From assembly GCF_006345805.1 (NCBI RefSeq), contig NC_043000.1, forward strand, positions 95,976,001 to 96,040,000: a stretch of DNA of 64,000 nucleotides, in the 5' to 3' direction. The notes under the pieces were generated by a model. The model was given only the letters and a program-made list of their open reading frames with translations, was not told the DNA's origin and did not search any database. This document shows positions 27,114 through 41,300 of the stretch, one piece after another. This DNA is from Octopus sinensis. Its lineage: Eukaryota. The position numbers were made by a program, and so were the translations under genes. Every line of letters starts with the position of its first letter. The first letter of the stretch is position 1.

Positions 27114-27773
27114 AGACAGTTGCATCTTTATAACTATCTCTTTTCTATCAGCTGCACTGGCAAACAGTCTGGTAGAGTTGTTTGATAGAATGGTCATGCT
27201 TGACGGAACAGTCTTGCTTAATAGAATGGTCTAGCTTGGCTTTGCTTAAATATACTGACCCCATATTTTTGCAGACTACTATTACATGAAAGACTGAATA
27301 ATAAAAATTTATATTTACAAATATAAATACAAATAAATAGTTAAAATATCTGCATTGCTGTCATCCAACAGGTTTTGCTTTTTTTATTTCTTTCTGAAAA
27401 TGGGTTAGGAAAATACTGCAGTGAAGTGGTTTTGAGTATGTTCCATGGTAAGGTTATATATTATTGAATAGAGCTACATACCTAAAGGTCACAAGTTCAA
27501 TTCTGATAGAAATACTTTTTTTTTTTTTTTTTTTTCTTAATTGAACTCACTTCATGCAATGTGAGATTTTTACCACTGGGTCATTAAATATTATGGAGTG
27601 CATTTAATGCTAAAAGCAGTAGCAACATTTTTAGTTTTGAAGAAACTATCCAACCTTGATTAACATTTTATTTATGAGCATGAATACATAAAAAAAAAGA
27701 AAGAAGAAGAATTACAATAAAAGATTTATTTGTCAAATGTGATGCAATTAACAAATATTAAAAAAATACTTAC

Positions 27774-27796
27774 AGGTAAGTCTGTGAAAGCTATAC
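27774..27796 (-). CDS. RANBP9: RanBP9/10 23-nt microexon (G)IAFTDLP
   Basis: Long pyrimidine tract ending ttccatag, exon GTATAGCTTTCACAGACTTACCT, donor gtaagt. It supplies exactly the missing conserved residues and the phase 1 to phase 0 shift. Confidence 0.93.
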
Positions 27797-30700
27797 CTAT
27801 GGAAGAGAGAGAGAGAAAAAGAGATAGAGATAAAGAATATAATTAAAAAACAAAAAAATTTCAAGTAAGTAGACAGGAGAAAATGATAAGAGCAAAAACA
27901 AATCAAAACAAAAAAAAAACAGGAAAAAAGAAAACTTTACAGAAAATATTGATTAACTTTTTGTAATCATCGATCTTGATAGAGAGTAGTAGCTTAATAG
28001 AAAATGCTGAACATTAAGAAGAGGGCTTTAATTTATGATGACCTGCAAGAGAAGAGCTGAAACAGACAAAGAGAAGAGAATGCATGCATGGTTGGTCGAT
28101 AACAGTTGTTCCCTCTTCCTATCATCATCATCACCATTATTATTATTAGGAAGAGGGAGATGGAGAAAGGGAGCTTTATTATTATTATTATTAAAATATA
28201 AACTATTTGAATAAAATTTGTTTTTCTTTGTATATTTTGCTTCTGAGGAACATTGTTTTCCTACCAGCCTGCCAACCAACCAAGCTAACTATCCTGAAAC
28301 TCAGTGGATCATGTGAAAATTAAGTTGACAATAATTAATTACTCTTCTGCAAAGCTTGGATTTAGTTCAACATTATTTTTTGCTAATTCTTCAAAATTCT
28401 ATTTAGACAATCCACAAAATATGAGAAGCCTGGCCAAGCTCATTTAAACCCAGGTTAATTGCACTTTTCCTTTTGTGCACCCTCCCACCACCTTTCCATT
28501 CATCTAATGAAAAATGTACACACACACATTACTCCCACTCATGCATAGAGAACATGTCTGAGTTAAAGAGCGTCCATAAAATAAATTAGAAATCAGTGAC
28601 TTTTTAAAAAAAATTTTTATAGTTTAATCCACAGAGGAAGGGGACCTGACTATTCTGGAGCTACTGGAACTTATTTTTTAAATCAAGAACCTGCTTGCAA
28701 CAGAATGTCATGATCATGCTCATCTGTCAGAATAAGGAGAACCATTTAGCCATCCTTAAGATTGACTGATGACTTGTGCAGTGACTTTGTTTAAAGTGAA
28801 GAAGAGTTGTGCACTATCAGCCTCACATTCTTGTCCATGACCATATTTAATCCAATGGTAAGACCAGGCCAAGATGACTGGGGATGGAGAGGGATGCAGT
28901 GGAGGACCAAGATATCTTACTTGCCTCATCCTGCTCTCTGCACTCTACAATGCATTACTGCAGCAGCCTTCCCCTCCACTGAGCCATGAAAGTTTCTTCT
29001 GCAGAGTCTGCTGGATCCAATCTTCACATGCACAGGTCGGCAATCCCTAATATGCTAATTAACCTATAGCTGGGACCCTGACAAGTGTTACTACTCCAAG
29101 TCAGAGTAGATCTGGGAACAACAGTGGTTAAGAGATGACACCATACTCCTCAAAAACCTTGGAACTCCTAAATGAAGACCCCACTATTGGATGCATTTTA
29201 AAGTCATACCTACGAAAAAGAATGTATTTTGTTAAAGGCACCCTTAAACCAGGTGACAGATTATGTTCACAACCCAATACTTGCACACTGGCATTGATAA
29301 TAATATCTCAAATTTCATATAGCAAGTTTCAAATATAAATATTGAACCATTTTCTTGTTTTTATTAATATGAAATTACAATTGTAAAGCAGAAGCTATTT
29401 AATATTACCAGAAGACAAAGAGTGAAATACATAAACTCTACCAATTATCCAGTATCCTTGGTTCCAAAGCCTTGACAGATTAACCATTTTTCTGGGCCAT
29501 TCATATTTATATAATAATAATTCATCAACACACCTGTAACCTATTAATTACACTAATTACTAATCACGTCACAGTGCTTAGAAACCAAAATACCACAGTC
29601 CATTTTTTTTTTTGGAACAGTTTTATTTTATCTTGGATTAATACAGATTGGAGTTTATATTTGACACTACCAATGATGATCTCGATTATCTTACATGTAG
29701 CAGCCACAATTAAGGGCAAATTTAAGCTACATAAGCAGAGGATCTCTCAAAATTTGGTATCACCACTAACAAGTGCAGTGTAAATAATACACGTAAACAC
29801 ATGGTAAAACACTGCTAATGGTTATGCAGTGAACTAGACTGGCAGCCACAGGAATTCCAAGTTTCCATCTCGTGATTTATCCAGAATGAAGGAGTTGCTG
29901 AACCATCAGTTGCTAGAAAAACGGTAGTGTACCTGTATTTGGTTTGTAAGTATATTTCTAATATACTGGGTTATAGGAGCTGTGAAAAGAAACTAACCAA
30001 CTTTTGATTAGCAAAGAGAAACAACAAGAAATCCAATCTGGCTAACATAACCAACAAGGGTTGGGCTTAAATTATACATCTGGACAAAATGGAAACTATT
30101 TCAATCAAACAAGAGAGAGATAGCAAGACACAGAATGAAAGAGTAGCTGTATGGGTTTAAGTATGCAGATGAGGATTCATATAAATCAATATTAGAACCT
30201 GTGTTAGCAACTTAAATCATTATTGTGATAGTACACAGCAATATATAAAAGTACATATCACTGTATACAATATATGAAGATTAACATCCATCTTCCATAC
30301 TGGTAAAGGTGGGACTGCATCGAGCTCCAGGGCCTGCTGGGTGTCCTTCCTATGTCAACCTCCTTACAGAGTGTATTGGGTGCTTTTTTTCTGGCACAGG
30401 CACTAGTGAGGTCACCAAGCAACTCACTCAACTTAGTTGGGGTATAGCATTGAGGGAGTGGTTTTATGGTAGATATTAAGAGGTTAAAATATGATAAAGG
30501 GACAGGAACATATGTCTTGGCATAGAGGAAATACAGAAAGAGAGAAAAGAGATGGTGGTGATATTCACTTTCTTGTATCTTGAGGTACAAGGTGAAAATA
30601 ATAAAGAATATGGACAGAGGATCTGAAAGGATGGATCCATAGGTAGTTTGTAAGAGTGTGAAAGGAGAGTGACAGATGGTTAGAGATAGGGATGGAGGTG

Positions 30701-31581
30701 TATATAGCCAGGGAGGAGTATATGAAGTATAGATTCGTCAATGGAAGTAAGACAGTACCCAGGACTTTATTGGAGGGTCTCTGAGACTTGTGAAACATCA
30801 TCACTGTTATCATTAAATATGCCTGTTCCCATGCTGGCATGGACTGGATGGTCAGACAGGATCCAATAGGTCCAAGAACTGTATTGTGATCCGATGTCTG
30901 CTTTGGTATGGTTTCTACAGCTGGATGCCTTCCTAACACCAACCACTTTACTGTGTGTACTGGATGTTATTGTCCTCAAATTGGAGACCTGGACCTTATG
31001 TTTGACCAGAGTGGACTCTATCAACAAGCTCCTGACAATTTTTGTCTACCCAATTTCATTCTCAAAGTTTAGGTCAATCCATCCAAAGATATAGCAGAAG
31101 ACACCTGCTCAGGTGACATGCAAATAAGATCAAATTGGTAATTATGTTATTGTAAAGTGATCTTCCAAGCCATACAACTAGAGAGAGAGAGAGAAAGAGA
31201 GACTGGCTCTTCATAAAGTGACCTCATGCATTTATTTATAACATCTGTTCTTTCAAACTGGCACGGATTTGTTGGTTCTACCTGTTAATGTTTGGTAGTA
31301 TTACAAATGGTATTTAGTATAAGATACTAGTATTAGGTCATTGCTAATTGAACAGCCAAAATGGGAACATGTTTATGTATCAAGACATAACATAGCTGCA
31401 GCCATATTTTTATAACAAATTGTTCTTGATAATATCAAACTATGTTATAATGGGTTACAAACAATATAAACAGGATGAAGATAGCTAGTGATCTCTCTTA
31501 TTTTCTTATCAGTGAATAAACTGATAAACAACCATAAAATCTCATCAAACAACAGACACAAAATAATATAACTATACTCAT

Positions 31582-31795
31582 ATACTGTATTTGATAGCAT
31601 AAAAGACACACAGGTATATTAGGTGCACCCTAATTTCAGCAGTGCATATTCAGGAGAAAAAAGATTTTAGTGCATTAAAGCATATAATATACAGGGCCAA
31701 CTTTGCATATAAAATGCAGGATGATTTTTGTTTTTTGGAGATTTTCTTTATTGTAAAACATGCACATCTTATATGCCATCAAGTAAATATGGACA
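31582..31795. mobile_element. Degenerate pogo/Tigger-like MITE
   Basis: Ends tactgtattt...gcataaaagac and catcttatatgcc...aaatatgg resemble TACCGTATTT..CGTATAAGACGCAC-type TIRs. Confidence 0.55.
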
Positions 31796-34700
31796 TGGTC
31801 AAGTGGTTATGAAGTTCACTTTGCAACTTCATGGTTTCAGGCTCAATCCCACTGCATGGTATCTTAGGAAATTAGCTTCAGCTGATCAACAGTTTGTGAG
31901 TGAAATTGGTAGAAGGAAAATGTCTGTGTGAAATTGGTAGAAGGAAAATGTATGTAAATCAACCATGTACACATTTGTGAGTGTGTGCGTGCACATGTAT
32001 GTGTGCATATATCAGCCTTTGTGTGTGTCTTCATGTTGTTCCTTAACTTAGCAGTTTGACAAATAGTAATAAGTACCAGGCTAAAATGATAAGTAATACA
32101 GCAGTTCAATCATTGAAAACAAGGAAAAGAATATGGCCAGCTGAAAGCAGATTTGTACCTGACTATACTTAAAGCAGAAGCTGTAATTTACACGAACAAT
32201 GTTTGTGTTACCAGGCTCAAGAGATATGCAATTTATAGACAATAACATTATGAAGGATGGGGGTGCTTTAAAAAAACAGGATATTAAATAAATATTGAAA
32301 TATAGACAAACGGACTATAACAATAAAATGGTATCTGACAGGACTACCAATATACCACATATTTAACAAAAAGAGGTTTCAGTTTCAACATCTTCCTCCC
32401 AGAATGTCTGTCTAACCTACCTAAGTCACATTGCTTAAAATTAACTCCTAACTATACCACATGGTATCTTATAGGGCTGCATCAGTTAGCCAGTTATGAA
32501 ATGCAAAGTATCATAAGAATTGTACAAAGCTTCTTTACATTCATTTTGAAGGAAGTGAGGAAAACTCTAATATAAGGGAAACAGCTAATTTCTCTCTCTC
32601 TCTCTCCCATTCATCTCTGATCAGTAACAGAATCATTACAGGACTGGGTTTCTGACTTACAGGATATTCAGAATGAAAGAAATTGAAGCACTGCAGGTTT
32701 TATGATATACTGTCTATTTTGCATAAATGATTTGACTAGAGCAAACCATTCAATGTCAGTTTATAATAGCCATGGGCAATTTGCGGTGCATGGAACACCT
32801 AATGAAACATTACCCTGAATTTATTTTTAGTAGTATGCCCAACTGATGATAAGCCAAGTCTCATGCAGTCTGCTTCATAATGAATATTTTATTCACCTTA
32901 TGTAAGTTACATAATTTCACTTGATGGTTAAATTAGATTGAACATTAATATTTAATCAATATTAAGCAGCAAGATCGTAGAGTCTTGAGCATGCTTTGCA
33001 AAATGCTTAGCAGCATTCTGTTTGTCTTCACGTTCTGAGTTCAAATGCCTGCCAGGGGTTAACTTTGCCTTTCATCCTTCTGGGGTCAATGTAGTCGACT
33101 TAACCCTTCCCCTGAATTGCTGGCCTTGGACCAAAATTTGAAACCAATATTTAACCAATATCTTTCATGTTGGCACAAAGTCAGAAATTAATAGGGAGGA
33201 AAAGATTACTGTTGATAAAGAGAACTGAGTCAGTATGTGCCTGGTACTAACTTTATTGACCTTGCAAATACAACCCCATCAGGATTTGCACTTTGAAACT
33301 AAATACAGAAGGTATTTAGTTCAATGTTTTGCCATTGCTATTACTCCCCGACTCCCTCAGCATCTAATTACTAGAGCTACTAAAGTACTAACAATATGTA
33401 ACATTTGTCTTGGTTGATTGGGTGAGTATCAGCTAGCAAGAACTCATTTAGAGTATTTATGAAATGTGTCATGAATTAGAAAATAAAATAAAAGGGTTGA
33501 AATTTAAAAAAATCTTTTTGTGAACAAACTGTTTAAATTATAAATATCATTACACAGAGGTCTTGGTGATGAGGAGTTGAATGTTGTTATTGTTGTACCA
33601 AACTTGGCAAATGCCCTATTTTTATCTATGTAGACTACATCTCAAGTATTCTTTATAAAACTGTGTAATCAGGTAATGATTGGCAGAGGTAAAAATAACG
33701 TTTAGTAACCAAGCATTTGTAAGTAAAGGAGTTTATTCAAACACAACAGCTAGTGCAAAAAAATAAATAAATAAATAAATGAAATGAAACAGAATAAATA
33801 TATAATTAATAGCTGACTTCAAAATATTATACTACTATTATCACTTCTAAAATACAACCTTTATGCCTACATAATCTGCAATTAATAAGTTATTTGTTTT
33901 AATAAACCATTTTCAAGACTACAAGATATAATATAGCAATTAACATAGAAGGAAAACCAGATAGCATGTACCCAGTAGCTAAAGTAACAAGAGAGCAGAA
34001 AAAGACTGTTATACAGACTGATGGACTGCCTGCTATGACAGAGTTTTTAGCATCACAGGGTTAAGTTGAAAAGGACACAAGCACTACCTGTTGGTTGGTT
34101 GGTTGGTGACATCATTCTTTGTCAGTTGACCTTTCTCTACTTCCATGTGGAAGTACATATTCTTAATAGATTACCATATAGTACAAGTAGACTATTAAGT
34201 GCAAGCAGATCGGCCTAGCTACTAGCACACACATTAACAGCAAACTTGTTAAAGCTATTTTCACAACTTATTTACACCAGTACAAGTCACTGTCAAACAG
34301 CTAGTCTATGATCATCACTGTTGTGTAGTAGGCATTGATTTTGTATAAATACATACATCAAGATGAAAAGACTCAGTGTAACATGTATATTGCTCTCATA
34401 TTGCCTGCCATAGCTAAAAGCAAAGTATAAAAATCTTTATGCTTCTGACATAATGTTTCGTTATAGCAATTAGTGTTTTGGACTGTGATACGGTCAGAAT
34501 GAGCCAACAATAACAAGTTTTGAGTTCAACCTGTCTTTATAATTAATAAATGCAAAAGTATAGAACAAATTTCTCAAAAGTTTACAGGTGACATATGAGA
34601 GACGGGGGTGGGGGGGCAAGAAAGAGATGAAAGAGCACGCGTGCATGTGTGTTAAATGTCTTTATCAAGACTTCTAAGATTTTGATCTTAAATCAGAGCA

Positions 34701-37414
34701 ACTGTGTGTGCGTGTGAGACAGAGAGAGAGAGAGAGGTTGGGAGATAAGCTAACACTATCTAACAGAGGGTGCATGATTCTTGCAGGCAACTTTTAACTG
34801 TTTTTTTTCTTTTTTCCTTTTTTTTTTTTGTCTTCTTCCCCCAAAGGGGTCTTTAAATCAATGTAAGCTATTATTCATAGCTGAATTTTGCTTTGGGATA
34901 CATCATTAATAAAGATTTATTAACAATAAAATTACTTCCACTGCAGAAGAAACAACATTTTGATTAATTGGAATTGATAAAAAAAAAACCAAATGCTGGA
35001 ACAGAAGGAAGTGATTTCAACAGCTTTATGATTTATGATGTAAATATGTGATACTAATTCAAAAAAATGCTAGAGAGCTCATTGAGAAAGTTTGGGCTAC
35101 TACTTTGGCAGTCCTAGTTTGGGCTACTACATTGGCAGTTCCAGACCATATTGGAGCATATCATATACTAAGATGCTTGGTTTGTAGGCTGCTTGTTATA
35201 AAGTAAATCAATCATCTAATTTTCTCTTTTCCTCTGCCATGAATTTAAGCAGACCAACAACAGCAGTCATTTAGAGTGAGCTAACTACATATAACAAGCT
35301 AATGAAGTTTTTTAAGAAAGAGCAGAACACAGGACACCCACGGAAATTAAGAATTTCTTTACTAAATACAAAGCATACAGGATATGTATGTATATAGAGA
35401 TACATACATATATAAATATATACAAATGCGGAAACAACTAATCTAGTAATAGAACATAATATAAAGCAGGAGATGATTTTGAAACAAACATAGGATTTGG
35501 TTTCTATGGCAGCTGATAATAAAATCAAGGTCATCTATTAATAAGATATTATGTCTAAAAATCAGAATTTCAATGAAATTCCACTGCTGCAATTAAAACA
35601 TTTATGTATTTAATCATGAATGTATTGGTTACACTTAATTCATGGTTCTCTTCCCCTTCACTTTAATTAACAAGTAGAATGGATACAAATGGATATGAAC
35701 TATTAATAGAAATATTCACTGTTTATGCACATATGTGTATTTTATATATCTACAATAACCTTGAAAACATGATGGCTACTAACTGCTAAATATTTCATTT
35801 ATTTTATTTTATTTTATTTTATTTTTTTATGGGGAGGCGGGGATCAATATCTAGTTTATCAAGCAGAGCTTCAATTATAGTAATATCTGACAGTTTACTA
35901 ATGTTACCCACCACAACCACTCCCTTGCTCATACAGGAATTTCCCCTTGCTTTCTTCAGTTTTTTGCCAGAAACAAAAAGATTAGAATAATGCTGCCAGC
36001 TGAACATTATTGCACATAATGAACAGAAAAGTTATTATTATTATTATTATTATTACTATTATTATTATTACTTTTATTATTACTATTATTATTATTATTA
36101 TTAAAGTCATGATAACAGTAAATGCTACATGGTGTGAAGTCTTACATTTTAAAACTACATTTGATTAATTGAAGCACTTTCAATCATTTTAAAATCTTGG
36201 AGTATGTACTGGCTTCATTACTTATGTGTGGATCAGAATTTGATTTCTTTTGATTCAGACAAAATCTGTCTGATATATTATGCATAACATCCAAAGGGAC
36301 AAACTAAATGGAAATAACAGACTAAGAAGATATTATGGTGAAAGGAAATGGAGCAAAGGATTAGAAGCTCTGAGAATTAATGTAAAAATTTTAAATTCAT
36401 TACATAACAACAGTAGGATGGATGTAGGTCAAAGAAAATTTCAAATCAGAGAAGACTGAAATCAAAAACAAAAGGACAACGAAATAAAAACACCTGACTT
36501 GTATCGACATAAAAGAAAGAGAATTTTATGTAAAATTCGCAACCACATTAAGAAAGTGGTAAACCTAGAAAGAAGGTCATTTTTTTGTGAGGGAACTACA
36601 GGAAAAGAGAATTTTTATGTATTTATTTATTTCACAACCATAAATCCTGTAGCTCCTGTTTATATAGTGTTATAAATAAGAGGTAACATTACATATTACC
36701 TGCTGCAGGTGGCTTCGCAAAACTCAGGAGCTTTGTATCTATTTTTAAATACAGCAAGTAGAAACTAATATCTTAAAGATACAATAAAATAACTAACTAC
36801 ATCAACCTTTTTTTTTCTTCTCACTTTTATGAACAGAAGATTTACTTCTTGAAGAAGAAAAAAAAACAGTTTGTATGTTGGTTATGGTCGACAGAAATGT
36901 TGAATACAAGATAGACTCCTGTGCAACATATCCAACAGATTTTCATTTTTTAATTGAAAATGAGTCAGGAAATATTTTATTTCCTTTTTCCTTTATTTGC
37001 AAATAATAAATAAAATATAGATGTGGCTATGTGGTTAAGATGCTTGCATCTCAACCATGTGGTCTTGGGTTCAATCCCAGATCATGGAACCTTGGGTGTC
37101 TTCTACTGAAGTCCTGGACTGACCAAAGCCTTGTGAGTGAATTTGGTAGAACAAAACTGAAAGAAGTGTGTGTGTGTGTGGTGTGCTCTGCTCATGTGTG
37201 TGCATGCATGTAAGTCTTTTTGTTTGACCCCCACGACTGGTGTTGTTTCTTTACAACCCCCATAACTTAGAGATTCAGTAAAAGACAATGATGAAATAAG
37301 TACCAGGCATGAAAAAAATAAAATGTACTGAGGTTGATTTATTCAATAAAATCTTTCAAAGCAGTGCCCAAGCATGGCCATAATCCAATGACTGAAACAA
37401 GCAAAAGATAAAAA

Positions 37415-37561
37415 GGTGCCACTTTATCATGTGGTCTACCTAACCATTTACACTTTAACATGCTGTCTAACCTAGCCTTTAACCCTAATACTAACACAGA
37501 TCAGGTCACTTCACAGTGTAGACTACAGATACTGTGGTAGACCACATGCTAAAGTAACACC
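37415..37561. mobile_element. 147-bp MITE with 26-bp TIRs and a telomere-like (taacc) core
   Basis: ggtgccactttatcatgtggtctacc versus the reverse complement of ggtagaccacatgctaaagtaacacc; it interrupts a SINE (aaagat)n tail. Confidence 0.75.
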
Positions 37562-37989
37562 AATAAAAGATAGATGTCTGAAAGCTGTATAACTTTTAAG
37601 AGGTAGAATGCTATTTCAAAGATAAATATACAAATATACAACTTTATCAAATTAATGTTTGGTCAAATTTAAGTTTATTTAATAGGTATTGTGAATTTTA
37701 ATGAATGAGCTCACCCTAATTATACATGCTGATCATGACCTTGATGAAGAAAGACATTAGCTAAATGGTGCTGAGACAATTTGTCAACAGTCACTTCCTT
37801 GCTGATCAATTTGCCAGTCAATTTATTGCTCAGACAACTTGGCACCATGCCAATTCATCATTGGTCAATTCATAGTGAATAACCAAGTCAGAATGTCACT
37901 AGGTCATTTAAATGTTACTCTGGTTCCAGTTTGTAATATTTGCTTTTGGTTCAAATGTTACTGCTATCAAGAAAACACCTGCCATGCAA

Positions 37990-38300
37990 CCATGAGCCAG
38001 TACTTCATTAGAACTCTCACAATGACCCTAGATATTGGGTCTCACTATCACCAAGGATTGCTTCTAGCTAAAACCCATCCTTAACATAACTTGGACTGCA
38101 TCCAAACAACTGGCCCTTCTCAGAAAATATTTCAATCCCCAACAATTATTGATATTCTGCAAAGCTCAAGTGAAGTCCACAATGAAGTATATTCTTTCTG
38201 TATCTGGGATGGTACTGCTGCTACATTTATAGATGTCCTAGAACTGCACCCAGAAAAGGTACACCCAACTGATTAGCATAGTCACTTACAAAGCTCTTAA
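37990..38300 (+). mobile_element. CR1-like LINE RT fragment, frameshifted
   Basis: KQLALLRKYFNPQQLLIFCKAQVKSTMKY followed by IWDGTAATFIDVL resembles the CR1 motif Y..QLL.LYKAQVRP.MEY.S.IWDGA. Confidence 0.65.
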
Positions 38301-41300
38301 GCTTGATTTTGAAGGAAAGACCTTTATCTCTAATTCAGATTTCAATGTTCTTAATTACTATTCCACACTCCCTTAACATTACACAAGACCATACAGCTAT
38401 GAGATCAGTTACACACATTAGAAATTTGTGTGCACACACATGTGTGAGTACCATACAGTAAAGGCTTAGTTTCTGGTGGAGTAACACTGGGATATAGTTA
38501 CAATTGCCAGTTGGTGCCTGTTTTACTTCATGTAGGGAGCTCATCCCACCAGAAAACACACAGACATCTTAACTTCCATTTCCCCCCCATCTAACTGAAC
38601 ACAATGAAATTGATCATCATTGATACATTCTTCAGAGGATGAAACATCAAAACAACTGAATTTTATTCTGTACCAGAGCAAAAGTTAAATTTATATTTAT
38701 CCTTCATCCTTTTGTATGCATGCGTGTGTGTGAGTGTGTGAATGCATACAAGTGCGTGTGTGATAGAAGAGAGTAGTTACCATATCTTTAAAGCACAGGA
38801 CTAAAAAGTCAAATGTCACTAGATCAAAGTCTACCACTGAAACTATGTTGATGTAATGGAAGCTATTCTGTCCAGTTAATCATTCCAGCTAAAAATAAAT
38901 AAACGTAAAAGATTCAGAATGGAAACAGAAACTGACTCATAATCAACTCCAGGCCATTATCGTACTTGTTAGAGATAAACAACAACAAAATGACAAGGGT
39001 GGAGTGAGAGGTGGGGGTAAGCTGCCAATGACATTAACAATGTATGTGAAGGTGAACAAACCCAACCAGAAATTGTTATAATGTCACTGGACTTAGTTGT
39101 CTGATAATACACTGCAATATACACAGTGGATTAACATTAATAATACTACTGATAATAGTCATACACAAGATATGTACAAGACAACAAGTGCTGTGAAGGA
39201 AGCCATACAGTCAATTAAATTGACCCATTACTGGTAGTCATTTTCATGACATCCTGAAGCATGAAAAGCAAAGTTGGCTCTTGTAGAATTTTCAGTCAGA
39301 ATTTAAAAGACAAAGAATTTTCTTACAGTACTTTGCTGAAGACATGGCTACCTGTATAGTGCTGGTTCCACGATAAAATACACATGGTATGCTCTGTAAG
39401 GTGGTTGGTTGGAAGGGTGTAAGCCATAGAAACCATGTCAAATAAGGAACACATAAGTGAGGTGTGGCTCTCCAATGGCAATAACTCAAAATAAGAACTC
39501 ACAGTGGTGACACGTTCAGCCCTTACCAGTATGGATATTGAATGTAAAATTATTTAATTTCCCTTGGGGCTCTAGTGATTCTGCAATCTACTGTACTTCT
39601 TAGTCATTATGACTCCCTTGTAGACTACTTGATTAACTATAAGGGTAACTAGGCTATATCTTACTCTGCCAGATATTTTAAGCCTCTCAACAGATCCACT
39701 TTGCTGACAGATGCTACTACTCCAAGTCAAAGCAGACCAGGGAACAATAGTGGCTAAGAGGTGGTTCCACACTCCTGAAAACCTTGAAACTTCTGAACCA
39801 AGGCTCCACTACTAGATGCAGTCATACCCATGACTAACACACACACACACAATGAACTTCAGTTACTGCCTACCAAATCTGCTCACAAGGCATTTTGGCC
39901 TGGAACTATGAAAGAAGACACTTACCCAAAGTGGCACACAATGGGACTGAACCTGAAACTGTATGATTGGAAAACAAACTCCTTAAGTGTTTTCAATAAT
40001 TTCTAAACATTGGCAGAAAGGCACAGATTTGCTGGGATGGATGATAGTTGACTGAATCACCCTTAGTATATGGCTGGCACTAATTTTAGTTAACACCAGA
40101 AACAAAATAGAGCCAATTAGAATGTTTATAATAGATTATAATATCACCCTCTATCTTATCCAATATAGTATGTCTATATAATAGCTAGGCACTGTGGAGA
40201 GGGTAATCAGAAAGTACTGGAATGGCAGGCATAAGGCAAATGAAAGAAGGAATACAGGAATCTTATACTTCAGAACTTGCTGGTTAAAAAAAATACACTC
40301 ACTACATTGATTCTTTCCATCTAATCTGTTTGTCTCTCTGTCTAAACATGAATGTGTGGAAAAGTGCATGAGTGTAACTCTCTGTGCCGAGCATTTAATA
40401 CAATATATTATTCTCAAAAGTATAACATAGTGGAGAACTCTCTTTTCCCATATATACCTACTTGATAATAACCACCAATACTACTATTAATATATATGAT
40501 ACAGACATGATTGTGTGGTTAAAGAGCTCACTTTGGAACCATACAATTTTAGGTTCAGTCCCACTACTTGGCACCTTGGCTAGCCAATGCTTTGTAAGTG
40601 TATTTAGTAGACAGAAGCTATGTGGAAGCCCATTGTATATGTCTAAGTGTATGCATGTGTGAATTTGTCATCTACCCCACCACTCTTGATTGACAACATG
40701 TGCTGGTTTATTTACATCCCTCATAATTTAACAGTTCAGCAAAAGTGACTGATAGAATAGGTACCAGACTTTAAAAAAAAAACAGATACTGGAGTTGATT
40801 TGTTCTAAGGAAACTTTTTAAGACAGTACTCCATCATCAACAAAACAAATAAAAGACTTTATATACATATATCTAATCTTATATGATTTTATGCCCACTT
40901 TCGATGCTGGCATAGGTAGTACAACCCTATGCTTACTGAATCACCTATGTGTTTGATAACCACATTCAGTCTCACTGCAGATATATATATATAAACATAT
41001 GGATAGGGTTCTGAATACATATTTATATAGGTGTGTATGTATCTATTATAAATGTGTGTGTGGGTATGTGCAGGTATGACTGTGTGATGAAAAAATTCAC
41101 TTCATAACCACAGGTCAATGAAAGCTTATGGATTGATTTGGTGGATAGAAATTGACAGAGACTTCTCTGTATATGTATGTTCTTGATATCATGCATAAGT
41201 CATGAACAAACATTACCACTTTATAAACAGCATAATTTGTTTGCACTCTTCCTTGGAAACATGTCCAGCCACTGTGCTGTTCATGTTCAAGTAACTAAGT

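Noticed and set aside
27769-27780. Perfect + strand donor CAG|GTAAG suggesting a nested antisense gene
   Set aside because: It is simply the reverse complement of the microexon end (CTTACCTG), and no + strand exon chain was found.
34138-34156. Palindrome tacttccatgtggaagta and other short hairpins as miRNA candidates
   Set aside because: The stems are too short for a pre-miRNA and are expected by chance.
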